Positions 46,778 to 56,354 of a stretch of DNA of 64,000 bases are shown here, in pieces (positions within the stretch are counted from its first letter, which is position 1; the number at the start of each line of letters is the position of its first letter). The stretch spans positions 2,560,001-2,624,000 of the forward strand of contig CBDCXM010000009.1 of the NCBI GenBank assembly GCA_965223855.1, read 5' to 3'. The notes beneath the pieces were generated by a model. It saw nothing but the letters and a program-made list of their open reading frames with translations, did not search any database and was not told the DNA's origin. The position numbers and the translations under genes were made by a program. The stretch is from Candidatus Multivoradales bacterium (GTDB lineage Bacteria; Acidobacteriota; Thermoanaerobaculia; Multivoradales; JAHEKO01).

Positions 46778-47190
46778 GCCGTTCCTCCTGAGGTCGGTGC
46801 CTCTGGTTGGTTGGATGGATCGGGGCGGGTCGTTCGAAGCCTAGCAAGGTTGGTCCTCTCGCTTCTGATCTCAGAGGGCGAAGCTTCGATGAGGCTGCCT
46901 CGCCTTGTGCGGACTCGCTGTCCAGGTAGAGCAAGGCGAGGCTGGCCGCGTCTGGCGCTCGAGGTGACGTTCGATCCCTGCGTGCGTCCTTCACGGCGCC
47001 GTTCGCTTACCGCTGGGGTCGCTCGGTCGGGCGGTCTTTCTGACGCGATCCGTGCCTCTGTGCGAAAGCCGCTTCAGAGCCTCGGCCTACTTGGAGCCTT
47101 TCGCGCCGAACGTCGCGTGTCGCACTGGCTACTTCCTTGCGTGGGCCGCGGCAGACCGCCCAGCAAGACTCGTACCGTAGGATTCGCCGA

Positions 47191-48507
47191 ATGAAGACGA
47201 TCCGTCCAGTCGCCCTGCTCCTGCTGTCGATTCTGACTGTCGCCGACCTTGCCGGGGAGGATTGGCCTTCGTTCCTCGGCGCGAACCGCGACGGCAGCTC
47301 GCCGGAGAGCGGCATCCGCACGGACTGGAAGGAGGGCTTGCCGATCCTCTGGCACCGGGAGGTCGGCGAGGGCTACAGCGCACCGGCGGTCGTGGACGGG
47401 AAGGTGTTCTTCTTCGATCGCGCCGGCGATCGGGCGCGCCTGTCGGCGCTCGACGCCCGTTCCGGGGAGCTGCTGTGGGAGAGCGGCTACCCGACGAGAT
47501 ACGAGGACTACTACGGCTACTCCAACGGCCCGCGTGCCTCGCCGCTCGTGGACGAGGGGCGGGTCTTCACCTTCGGAGTCGAGGGGAGATTGCGGGCACA
47601 CCGTCTCGAGGACGGTGAGCTCCTGTGGGAGGTCGATACGGCCGAGCGCTTCGGCGTCGTCCAGAACTTCTTCGGCGTCGGCTCGACACCGGCGGTGGAG
47701 GGCGATCTGCTGATCGTCCAGGTTGGAGGCTCACCGCCCGAGTCTCCGCGGATCCATTCGGGAGAGGTTCGGCCTGCCGGCTCGGCGGTGGTCGCTTTCG
47801 ACAAGGCCACCGGGGAAGTGCGCTACGCCGCGGGCGACGAGCTGGCCAGCTACGCGGCGGTCAAGCTGACGACGATCGAAGGACGGCGGTGGGGATTCGT
47901 TTTCGCCCGCGGCGGGCTGCTCGCCTTCGATCCCGCCGATGGTGCGATCCGCTTCCACTACCCGTGGCGGGCGAAGATCCTCGAGAGCGTGAACGCGGCC
48001 ACACCGTTGGTCGTCGGCGATCGGCTCCTCGTCACCGAGGCTTACGAGAAGGGTGCGTCGCTGCTGCGGGTCACCGGCGATGGGCACGAGGTGGTCTGGC
48101 GGGACGAGAACCGCCGGAGTGCGCGCATCGGCAGCCACTGGATGACTCCCGTTCATCACGACGGTGTCGTCTATGCCTCGAGTGGGCGCAACAGGGGCGA
48201 CTCCGAGTTGCGCGCGGTGGATCTGGAATCGGGCGAGGTTCTGTGGAGCGAGCCGGGCCTGGAGCGGACCTCGTTGCTGCTGGTCGACGACCACCTCGTC
48301 GTCCTGAGCGAGGGAGGGACCGTGAGGCTCGTGCGCCCCGACCGCGAGCGCTTCCACCTGGTAGCGGAGTGGACGCCGACGGAAGGCGGCATGCCGCTCC
48401 TCGAGCATCCGGCCTGGAGCGCGCCGGCGCTCGCCGACGGCGTTCTCTATCTTCTGGGGAAGGGGCGACTGCTGGCGGCGGAACTCATTCGCTCGGGGAG
48501 CGACTAG
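47191..48507 (+). CDS. Exported PQQ-binding-like (BamB-like) beta-propeller protein
   Basis: Signal peptide; 'DWP.F.G..RDG', 'G.GYS.P', 'GPRASP', repeated 'D..SG..LW', 'W..P...DG.LY'. Confidence 0.88.
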   Translation: MKTIRPVALLLLSILTVADLAGEDWPSFLGANRDGSSPESGIRTDWKEGLPILWHREVGEGYSAPAVVDGKVFFFDRAGDRARLSALDARSGELLWESGYPTRYEDYYGYSNGPRASPLVDEGRVFTFGVEGRLRAHRLEDGELLWEVDTAERFGVVQNFFGVGSTPAVEGDLLIVQVGGSPPESPRIHSGEVRPAGSAVVAFDKATGEVRYAAGDELASYAAVKLTTIEGRRWGFVFARGGLLAFDPADGAIRFHYPWRAKILESVNAATPLVVGDRLLVTEAYEKGASLLRVTGDGHEVVWRDENRRSARIGSHWMTPVHHDGVVYASSGRNRGDSELRAVDLESGEVLWSEPGLERTSLLLVDDHLVVLSEGGTVRLVRPDRERFHLVAEWTPTEGGMPLLEHPAWSAPALADGVLYLLGKGRLLAAELIRSGSD

Positions 48508-48526
48508 GGCGGGATCGCCGGCGGAA

Positions 48527-49006
48527 TCAGTCGGGCCGGCTGGCGATCTCGAGGGTGAGCGCGTCGATCTTCCCCACCGCAACCGAATCGAGCAGGAACT
48601 TGAAACTCCACTCCTCGAGTTCGTTGCTGTCGATGCCGCCGTTCTGTTCGAGGGCACCGAGCACCGTGCCGTCACCGTCGACGAGTTCGACCTCCAGTCG
48701 GACCTTCTGGTCGTCTCCACTGCCGTTGACGAGCTTGACGCGCACGACGGCGCGCTGTTGATCGCCGACCTTCTTGCCCGGCCTGCCGGTGATGCGCAGA
48801 ACGGTCACGGGCGCCGTCAGGATCTCGGGAACGAACCCCTCTTCCAGGTAGTCCGCGGTCAACGTCTCCATCACCTCGGTCGTCGCGGCTCCCGCCGGCA
48901 CCGGGGGGCATACCAACACCCAGGCGAGAAGGGCGGCCAGTGAGCGCAGTGCCAGCCGGATCGAGACCGTCTCCCGGCGACGCTGCCGTCCGAGGTGGTC
49001 CCGCAT
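48527..49006 (-). CDS. Exported hypothetical Ig-like (FxLYD-like) protein
   Basis: Signal-like N-terminus; beta-rich 'VKLVN.S...KVRLEVELVD.DG.VLG'; 4 nt downstream of a co-oriented gene. Confidence 0.55.
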   Translation of the reverse strand: MRDHLGRQRRRETVSIRLALRSLAALLAWVLVCPPVPAGAATTEVMETLTADYLEEGFVPEILTAPVTVLRITGRPGKKVGDQQRAVVRVKLVNGSGDDQKVRLEVELVDGDGTVLGALEQNGGIDSNELEEWSFKFLLDSVAVGKIDALTLEIASRPD

Positions 49007-49010
49007 CGGC

Positions 49011-49541
49011 TCAGCCGGCTCCGCCGCTGGTGCAGGCCGCCCGGATCTGCTCGTCGCTCAGGCCCGTGCGAGCCATCGCGGCGATCTGTTCGAGCGTGCA
49101 ATCGTGCGCTTCGGTCGCCTCGTCGAGGGCGGGCGGCTCGGGCCGCTCGGGAGCGACGTAGCCGCCACGGGCCAGCTTCTGGCCTGCCTCGGCGATGTAG
49201 GTCGGGTCGGCATTCGGCTCGCACGGCAGGCGCTCTTCGCCGTCTTCCCAGTAGAACTGCACCCGGATGGTGGCGTTGGCGGACTCGTACTCCTGCGCCG
49301 CCTCCGATTCCTCTTCGAGCACCCGCAGGTACGAGAAGCCGGCGGCTTCGCATAGAGAGGCCGCCTTGGTGAAGACGAGGCGGCTCGCCTTCGCCCGGCT
49401 GCCGATCGCCTTGACGCGGTGACTGACGACGAAGACGTCTTCATCGAGTTGTGTGAAGGTGATGACGGCCGCGGCCGGCAGGGGAGCCAGCAAGGCGAAC
49501 AGGAACAGAGCGGCGGGGACGAGTCGGATTCGCTGAGACAT
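49011..49541 (-). CDS. Exported hypothetical protein with four Cys
   Basis: GGAGGT RBS, signal peptide MSQRIRLVPAALF..AAA; C-terminal 'CT.EQI.AM...GLSD.QI.AAC'. Confidence 0.7.
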   Translation of the reverse strand: MSQRIRLVPAALFLFALLAPLPAAAVITFTQLDEDVFVVSHRVKAIGSRAKASRLVFTKAASLCEAAGFSYLRVLEEESEAAQEYESANATIRVQFYWEDGEERLPCEPNADPTYIAEAGQKLARGGYVAPERPEPPALDEATEAHDCTLEQIAAMARTGLSDEQIRAACTSGGAG

Positions 49542-49698
49542 GAGACCTCCCTGGTGCGAGTCGAGTGGCCGAGTCGATGCCACGTTCCGTGAAGTGGACC
49601 GCATCCTAACCGGTCGGCACACGATCGTGACCTCCGGGGGGTGGTCGAATCGTCGCTGGTGGATATAGTGACGGTTCCAATCTGACTGGGGGGAAACC

Positions 49699-52600
49699 GT
49701 GGCTTCGACTCCGATTCGCCTTTGTGTGGGGCGCCTGCAGGGCGCTCTGATCGTTCGTATCTTCGTTCTCGTCGCGCTCCTGACCGGGGCCTCGGCAACA
49801 GGGCAGGTCGTCATCAACGAGGTCGACTACGACCAGCCCTCGACCGACGGTGCCGAGTTCGTGGAGCTCAAGAACGCCGGCCTCGTCGCCGAGAACCTCG
49901 ATCTCTACGAGCTCGAGCTGGTGAACGGCTCGGGCGGCGGAGCGACGATCTACGTGACGGTCGATCTGCCGAACGTCAACCTCGCCCCGGGCGGCTACTT
50001 CGTGATTTGCGGCGACGCGGCCAACGTCGCCAACTGCGATCTCGACGTCTCTCCCGACACCAACCTGATCCAGAACGGAGCGCCGGACGCCGTCGGCCTG
50101 ACCTTGATGGGAAGTCTCGTCGATGCGCTGAGCTACGAGGGGTCGGTGCCGGGTTACACCGAGGGCTCGGGTGACGGGCTGGTCGACAACTCGGGGGTCG
50201 CCGACAGCGGTCTTTCACGCTGCGCTGACGGCGCCGACACCGACCAGAACAACGTCGACTTCAGCTTCCAGGCGAGCACGCCCGGGGCGACGAACTCCTG
50301 CCCCGGCCCGACGCTGGTGGTCAACGAGATTGACTACGACCAACCGGGTACCGACACCGGCGAGTTCGTCGAGATTCTCAACAACGGTACGGCCGGCGTG
50401 GATCTCGACGGCATCTCGCTCGAGCTCGTCAACGGCACGGGGGGTGGAGCGTCGGTGTACTCGACGATCGCGCTCCCCGCGGTCACGCTGGCGCCGGGTG
50501 GCTACTTCGTCGTCTGCGGCGACGCGGCCAACGTGGCGAACTGCGATCTCGACGTCTCTCCCGACAGCAATCTGATTCAGAACGGCGCGCCCGACGCGGT
50601 CGCGCTGACTGCCTCCGGGGCGATCCTCGACACAGTCTCCTACGAAGGGGACACGGGCGCTCCCTACACCGAGGGGTCCGGTTCCGGCCTCGAGGATCTG
50701 GGGACGACCGGCAACGACGGCATGAGCATCTCTCGCTGCGTCGACGGTTTCGACTCCGACCAGAACAACGTCGATCTGATCTTCACCGGCAGCACGCCGG
50801 GTGCGTCGAACGACTGTGGCACCCCAGGTGGCGGCCTCGTGATCAACGAGATCGACTATGACCAGCCGTCGACCGATACGGCCGAATTCATCGAGATCCT
50901 CAACACCGGTAGCGCTGCGGTCGCTCTCAGCGCTTTCGAGCTGCAGCTCGTCAACGGCTCGGGCGGCGGAGCCTCGATCTACAACACCATCGCCCTGCCC
51001 GCCGTGTCGCTCGCTGCCGGCGACTACTTCGTCGTCTGCGGCGACGCCGCGGCGACCTTCGATTGCGATCTCGACGTGTCACCCGACTCCAATCTGGTGC
51101 AGAACGGCAGCCCCGACGCCGTGGCGCTTCTGCAGGCCGGGGTGATCGTCGACACCGTGAGCTACGAAGGCAACACGGCGCCACCCTTCACGGAGGGATC
51201 CGGATCCGGTCTCGAGGACTCCGGGGCCACCGGCAACGACAACCGTGGCATCTCTCGCTTCCCCGACGGGGTGGACACCGACGTCAACAACGTCGATCTG
51301 AGCCCACGCTGCATCACGCCGGGCGGTCCGAACGCCACCGCCTCGAGCAGCTGTCCGGACCCCGGGCCGCCGTCGCTGGTGGTCAACGAGATCGACTACG
51401 ACCAGCCCGGTAGCGACCTTGCGGAGTTCGTCGAGATCAAGAACGTCGGCACCGGAGCGGTCGATCTCACCGGGATCGACCTGGTGCTGGTCAACGGCAA
51501 CGGAGGCACCGTCTACGACACGATCGCCCTGACCTCGACGAGTCTCGGGGCTGGCGACTACTGGGTCGTCTGCGCGGACGCGACGACGGTCGCCAACTGC
51601 GATCAGCAGGCGATTTCGTCGGTGCAGAACGGAGCGCCGGATGCGGTGGCGCTGCAACAGGGTTCCCTCCTCATCGACACGGTCAGCTACGAGGGAGACA
51701 CCGCAGCGCCCTACACCGAGGGTTCGGGTGCCGGGCTCGTCGACTCGGGATCGACCGGTGAGGACAACAAGGGCATCTCGCGATTCCCCGACGGTGTGGA
51801 CACCGACGTGAACAACGTCGACCTGCTGTCGAGCTGCATCACGCCCGGCGCGGCGAACACCTCCGTCGCCACCGCCTGCACCGGCACCGGCTTCGTGGTC
51901 GAGATCTTCGAGATCCAGGGAGCCGGAGCGGCGTCGCCCTTCGACGGCCAGACGGTGACGACCGAGAGCAACGTCGTGACGGCGCTGCGGCCGGACGGCT
52001 TCTTCATGGAGACGCCGACGAGTCGCGACGACGGCGACCTCGACACCTCGAACGGCATCTTCGTCTTCACCGGCGGCGCGCCGCCGGTCGCCGTCGGCGA
52101 TCTGGTCGACGTCACCGGTCCGGTGATCGAGTTCTTCGACTTCACCGAGTTCACGGCGCCTTCGACGGTCACGGTGGTCGGCTCCGATGTGGTGCCGGCA
52201 CCGGTCGTTTTCGACGCTTTCGTGCCGTCGCCCGACCCGACCGCCCCGAGCTGTGCGATCGAGTTCGAATGCTACGAAGGGATGCAGGTGGAGATCGCCT
52301 CCGGCGTCGTCGGCGAGTCCAACCAGCGCTTCAACCCCGACCCGATCGCCGAGGTGTTCGTCACGGCTACCGGCGCCCGCTCGTTCCGCGAGCCCGGGGT
52401 CGAGTTCCCGGGGCTCAACCTGCCGCCGATCCCGACCTGGGACGGCAACCCCGAGGTGTTCGAGCTCGACCCGGACAAGATGGGGCTGCCGAACCAGATC
52501 ATCCCGGCCGGCTCGACGTTCACGGCCACCGGGGTGCTCGGCTTCGAGTTCGGCGGCTACGAGCTCTGGCCGACCTCGCTCACCGTGAACCCGGCGCCGC

Positions 52601-53895
52601 TTCCGGACCCCGTGCGGCCGCGCGCCGACGGCGAGTTCACCGTCGGGTCACTCAACCTCTTCCGTCTCTTCGACGACATCGACGATCCGCCTAGCGCCAA
52701 CGCCAACGGCGATGTCATTCGCGACGACCAGGTGGTCTCGACGGCCGAGTACCTGAGGCGTCGCGGCAAGCTCGCGGTCCATGTCCTCGACGTGCTCGGC
52801 GCGCCCGACATTCTCGCCGTTCAGGAGGCGGAGAAGATCGAGGTGCTCCAGGATCTCGCAAGTGACATAGCGGCCCTCGAGCCGGGCGTCGTCTACACGG
52901 CGTATCTGATCGAGGGCAACGACGTCGGCACCATCGACATCGGCTTCCTCACACGCGAAACGATCGCCGTCGATGCGGTGACGCAGTTCGGCTACACGGA
53001 GATCCTCACGTTCGACGGCTCGCTTCTCAACGATCGACCGCCGTTGCTGCTAGAAGGGCGCTGTACGGCCGGCGGGACCGACTTCCCGGTCGCCGTACTC
53101 AACCTCCACGGCCGGTCGCTCGGCGGCATCGACGATCCGAGCAGCGGACCGAGAGTGAGGCAGAAGCGACTCGAGCAGGCGGAGTTCGCCGCCTCGGTCG
53201 TCCAGGATCTGCAGAATCTCGATCCCGACGTCGCTCTGGCGGTGGTGGGAGACTTCAACGCCTTCGAGTTCACCGACGGCTACGTCGATGTCGTGGGCCA
53301 CATCGCCGGCGACTTCGACCCGGCGATGAGCCTGCTGTCCGGAGCCGATCTCGTCGATCCGGATCTCACCAACCAGGTGCTGACGGTCGCCGCCGACGAC
53401 CGCTACTCGTTCGTCTTCAACGGCAACGCGCAGGTGCTCGATCATGCGCTCACGAGCGTAGGCCTGGCGCCGCATGTCGCCGGCTTCGAGTTCGGCCGGG
53501 GCAACGCCGACGCGGCGGAGGATCTGATCAACGACGACGTCACGCCCGCCAACCTGGCGCTGCGTGCCTCGGACCACGACGGTCTCGTCCTCTACCTGCA
53601 GAAGGTGCTCGACGAGGACGGCGACGGCGTGCCCGATGAGCTGGATTTCTGTGCCGGTACGGAGATTCCGGAGAAGGTGCCCACCATCGGGCTGCGGCCG
53701 AACCGTTGGGCGCTGGTCGACGACGACACGGTCTTCGACACCCTCGGCCGGCCGATGGAGGTCTTCACGACCACCGATACCGCCGGCTGCTCCTGCTCGC
53801 AGATCATCGACGAGCTCGGGCTCGGCGAGGGGCACCGCAAGTTCGGTTGCAGCGTCGGCGCGATGCGTCGCTGGGTCAGCATCGTGACTCCGTGA
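49699..53895 (+). CDS. Extracellular endonuclease/exonuclease/phosphatase (ExeM/NucH-like) with four lamin-tail domains
   Basis: 4x 'V[IV]NE[IV]DYDQP..D..EF.E[IL]' LTD repeats; 'EIQG.G..SP', 'S.GIFV' OB-fold; EEP motifs 'QE', 'GDFN', 'LDH', 'SDHD'; start uncertain. Confidence 0.88.
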   Translation: MASTPIRLCVGRLQGALIVRIFVLVALLTGASATGQVVINEVDYDQPSTDGAEFVELKNAGLVAENLDLYELELVNGSGGGATIYVTVDLPNVNLAPGGYFVICGDAANVANCDLDVSPDTNLIQNGAPDAVGLTLMGSLVDALSYEGSVPGYTEGSGDGLVDNSGVADSGLSRCADGADTDQNNVDFSFQASTPGATNSCPGPTLVVNEIDYDQPGTDTGEFVEILNNGTAGVDLDGISLELVNGTGGGASVYSTIALPAVTLAPGGYFVVCGDAANVANCDLDVSPDSNLIQNGAPDAVALTASGAILDTVSYEGDTGAPYTEGSGSGLEDLGTTGNDGMSISRCVDGFDSDQNNVDLIFTGSTPGASNDCGTPGGGLVINEIDYDQPSTDTAEFIEILNTGSAAVALSAFELQLVNGSGGGASIYNTIALPAVSLAAGDYFVVCGDAAATFDCDLDVSPDSNLVQNGSPDAVALLQAGVIVDTVSYEGNTAPPFTEGSGSGLEDSGATGNDNRGISRFPDGVDTDVNNVDLSPRCITPGGPNATASSSCPDPGPPSLVVNEIDYDQPGSDLAEFVEIKNVGTGAVDLTGIDLVLVNGNGGTVYDTIALTSTSLGAGDYWVVCADATTVANCDQQAISSVQNGAPDAVALQQGSLLIDTVSYEGDTAAPYTEGSGAGLVDSGSTGEDNKGISRFPDGVDTDVNNVDLLSSCITPGAANTSVATACTGTGFVVEIFEIQGAGAASPFDGQTVTTESNVVTALRPDGFFMETPTSRDDGDLDTSNGIFVFTGGAPPVAVGDLVDVTGPVIEFFDFTEFTAPSTVTVVGSDVVPAPVVFDAFVPSPDPTAPSCAIEFECYEGMQVEIASGVVGESNQRFNPDPIAEVFVTATGARSFREPGVEFPGLNLPPIPTWDGNPEVFELDPDKMGLPNQIIPAGSTFTATGVLGFEFGGYELWPTSLTVNPAPLPDPVRPRADGEFTVGSLNLFRLFDDIDDPPSANANGDVIRDDQVVSTAEYLRRRGKLAVHVLDVLGAPDILAVQEAEKIEVLQDLASDIAALEPGVVYTAYLIEGNDVGTIDIGFLTRETIAVDAVTQFGYTEILTFDGSLLNDRPPLLLEGRCTAGGTDFPVAVLNLHGRSLGGIDDPSSGPRVRQKRLEQAEFAASVVQDLQNLDPDVALAVVGDFNAFEFTDGYVDVVGHIAGDFDPAMSLLSGADLVDPDLTNQVLTVAADDRYSFVFNGNAQVLDHALTSVGLAPHVAGFEFGRGNADAAEDLINDDVTPANLALRASDHDGLVLYLQKVLDEDGDGVPDELDFCAGTEIPEKVPTIGLRPNRWALVDDDTVFDTLGRPMEVFTTTDTAGCSCSQIIDELGLGEGHRKFGCSVGAMRRWVSIVTP

Positions 53896-53965
53896 GTCCC
53901 GGTGCCGTTCCCGGCTCGCGCTCGCTGGAGCGGGCGCGAGCCGCGGATCGGTTCCGCAGCGGATC

Positions 53966-55225
53966 TCAGAGCACGGCTTCGAGCGCCTCCAGCAGGTGGT
54001 CGATCTCCGCCGGGCTCGTGTAGTGCAGGAAGGACAGGCGCACGACGCCGCGCTCGGGCGGGATCCCCATCCCCTCGAGCGGGCGTACTCCGTAGAAGTG
54101 GCCGAAGCCGGCCATGATCCGCCGCTCGGTCAGCCTCCTGTGAACCGCTTCGGGCTCTCTCGCCAGCGGGACGAAGGAGACCGTGGGAGCCCTCGTCTCG
54201 GGGTCGGCGGGGCCGACCAGGCGGACGTCGTCTCTCCCCTCGAGCCACGCCAGAAGCGGTGCGGCCAGACTTGTCTCGTGGCGCCGGAACAGCTCGCCGA
54301 GTCGACGGCTTCGCTCGGCCGGGTCGGCGACGGGAGGGAAGTGGTGGTCGTGAACCAGATCCAGATACTCCGCGACCCCGGCCGCGGCGCCGATCTGCGC
54401 ATGGTCGGGGCCGGCCGGCAGCAGGCGGTAGCGCGGCTCTCCGGCATTGAAGTAGTGACTCTGGTTGGCGGCGCGCTCGAGCAGCGGGCGGCGGATCGCC
54501 ATCAAGCCGAGGTGGGGTCCCCAGGTCTTGTAGAGCGAGAAGAGGTAGATGTCCGCGCCGAGTGCCGGCACGTCGGGCAGCCCGTGGGGTGCCCAGGCGA
54601 CGCCGTCGACGACGGCGAGTGCTCCCGCGGCGTGGGCGCGCTCGACGATCGCGGCGACCGGGTTGATGGCCGCGACGACGTTGGAGCAGTGGGGGAAGGC
54701 GACGAGCCGTGTTCGCTCGTCGATCAGTCGCTCGAGTTCCTGCGGGTCGAGGGCGCCGGTGTCGCGATCGACGGACCACTCCCGGACTTCGATCCCGGTG
54801 TCCGCCAACCGGCGCCATGCGCCGGCGTTGCCCTCGTGGTCCTGGTTCGAGGCGACGATGTTGTCACCGCCCTCCCAAAGCGGCCGGAGTGCCCGTTCCA
54901 GGACGTAGGTGTTCTGGGAGGTCGAGGGTCCGAGGTGTACCTCGAACGGGTCGAGGCCGAGGTGGCCGGCGAGTCGCTCGTACGCTTCGTCCATCGCCGC
55001 GCCCGCCTTCTGTGAAGCGGGGTAGGGGAAGTAGGGCTGGACTTTGTGGCGGGTGTAGAAGCTCTGGAGGCGGTCGATCACCTGGCGGCAAGGGTAGGAG
55101 CCGCCGGCGTTCTCGAAGAACGACCAGCCGGCGAGGTCGGGCTCGCCGAAGGCCGGGAACTGCGCGCGGACGAACTCGAGATCGATCTCGGGGATCGACG
55201 GATGGGTGGCGGAGGGGTCGCTCAA
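53966..55225 (-). CDS. Class V aminotransferase, cysteine-desulfurase-like (VC1184-type)
   Basis: 'VRAQFPA', 'FENAGGS', 'DHEGN..AW', 'VDGV', PLP Lys in 'SLYKTWGPHLG'; 'GHFY' where SufS has GHHC; TTG start with GGAGA. Confidence 0.85.
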   Translation of the reverse strand: MSDPSATHPSIPEIDLEFVRAQFPAFGEPDLAGWSFFENAGGSYPCRQVIDRLQSFYTRHKVQPYFPYPASQKAGAAMDEAYERLAGHLGLDPFEVHLGPSTSQNTYVLERALRPLWEGGDNIVASNQDHEGNAGAWRRLADTGIEVREWSVDRDTGALDPQELERLIDERTRLVAFPHCSNVVAAINPVAAIVERAHAAGALAVVDGVAWAPHGLPDVPALGADIYLFSLYKTWGPHLGLMAIRRPLLERAANQSHYFNAGEPRYRLLPAGPDHAQIGAAAGVAEYLDLVHDHHFPPVADPAERSRRLGELFRRHETSLAAPLLAWLEGRDDVRLVGPADPETRAPTVSFVPLAREPEAVHRRLTERRIMAGFGHFYGVRPLEGMGIPPERGVVRLSFLHYTSPAEIDHLLEALEAVL

Positions 55226-55309
55226 GGTGTCTGTCTCCCTGCGGCCGGAACGCAAGCGCACGTCTTGGTCGGGTGGCGCCGACGGCGGCCGCTGTCGTAG
55301 CGTGGCGTC

Positions 55310-56323
55310 ATGATTCCACGTCGCGCGCTGCCGGTCGCTCTTCTTGCGGTCGCCTTCCCGCTGGTCGCGATCGGCTGCGCGCCGGTCGAGAGAGCCGCAG
55401 GAGAGCAGGAGCCGCCGTCGAGCGACAACAGCGAGGTTGTCGGTCGGGGCGAGGGCAAGGACGCGTGGTGGGACCACCTCCCCCGGGAGGCGTGGTCGGC
55501 CTTCGACCCGGTCGAGGTCTCCGACGCCTGGTTCGAGGTCTACCGGCTGGCAGCGGGCGTTCACGCGATCTACGAGCCGGGCCAGTTCGAAGAGGTGGTG
55601 TCGTACCTGGTCACCGGCGACGAACGCGCGCTTCTCTTCGACACCGGGCTCGGGATCGGCGATATCGCCTCGGTCGTCGCCGAGCTCACTCCGCTGCCGG
55701 TTGTCGTCCTCAACTCCCACACCCACTACGACCACGTCGGCGGAAACCACGCCTTCGACGAGGTCTACGGGACGGACCTCGACTACACCGTCCGACACGC
55801 CGCCGGCAGGTCGCCCGAGGAGGTCGCGGAGTTCGTCGGTGACGGGTGGATCTGGAAGGAGACTCCGGCCGGCTTCGATCGCGGCTCCTACCGCGGGCGG
55901 CCGTTCGAGGTCACCCACGTCGTCCGCCACGGCGAGCGGATCGACCTCGGTGGCGTCGTCCTCGAGGTCCTGCTGACGCCGGGCCACGCCCCCGACGCGC
56001 TCTGCCTTCTCGATCGCAGCCGCCGCCGTCTCTTCACCGGCGACACCTTCTACCCGGCGACTCTCTACGCCCACCTGCCGGGAACCGACTTTACGGCCTA
56101 TGCGGATTCCGCCCACCTCCTCGCCTCCCTGAGCGGCGAGATCGACCATGTCCACCCGGGCCACAACGAACCGGTGATGGAGCCGTCTCAGCTGGTCGCC
56201 CTGGCGGAGGCGTTCGACGCTGTTCAGCTGGACGGATCCGACTACGTCTCGACCGATGGCCTGCGCGAGTACGATTTCGGCCGCTTTTCGTTGCTGGTGT
56301 CCGATCCACCGCCGTGGGAGTAA
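55310..56323 (+). CDS. MBL-fold metallo-hydrolase, probable lipoprotein
   Basis: Lipobox-like 'AIGC'; 'DTG.G', 'SHTHYDH.GG', 'TPGH', 'TGD', 'PGH'. Confidence 0.9.
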   Translation: MIPRRALPVALLAVAFPLVAIGCAPVERAAGEQEPPSSDNSEVVGRGEGKDAWWDHLPREAWSAFDPVEVSDAWFEVYRLAAGVHAIYEPGQFEEVVSYLVTGDERALLFDTGLGIGDIASVVAELTPLPVVVLNSHTHYDHVGGNHAFDEVYGTDLDYTVRHAAGRSPEEVAEFVGDGWIWKETPAGFDRGSYRGRPFEVTHVVRHGERIDLGGVVLEVLLTPGHAPDALCLLDRSRRRLFTGDTFYPATLYAHLPGTDFTAYADSAHLLASLSGEIDHVHPGHNEPVMEPSQLVALAEAFDAVQLDGSDYVSTDGLREYDFGRFSLLVSDPPPWE

Positions 56324-56354
56324 CGCAACGCCCCGGTTGCTGTAGCCTGCGCCG

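Noticed and set aside
53966-55225. SufS/IscS cysteine desulfurase assignment
   Set aside because: The catalytic Cys loop is replaced by GHFY and there are no Fe-S cluster genes nearby
53966-56164. 732-aa aminotransferase fusion
   Set aside because: The extension is antisense to the MBL hydrolase; family similarity starts near 55225
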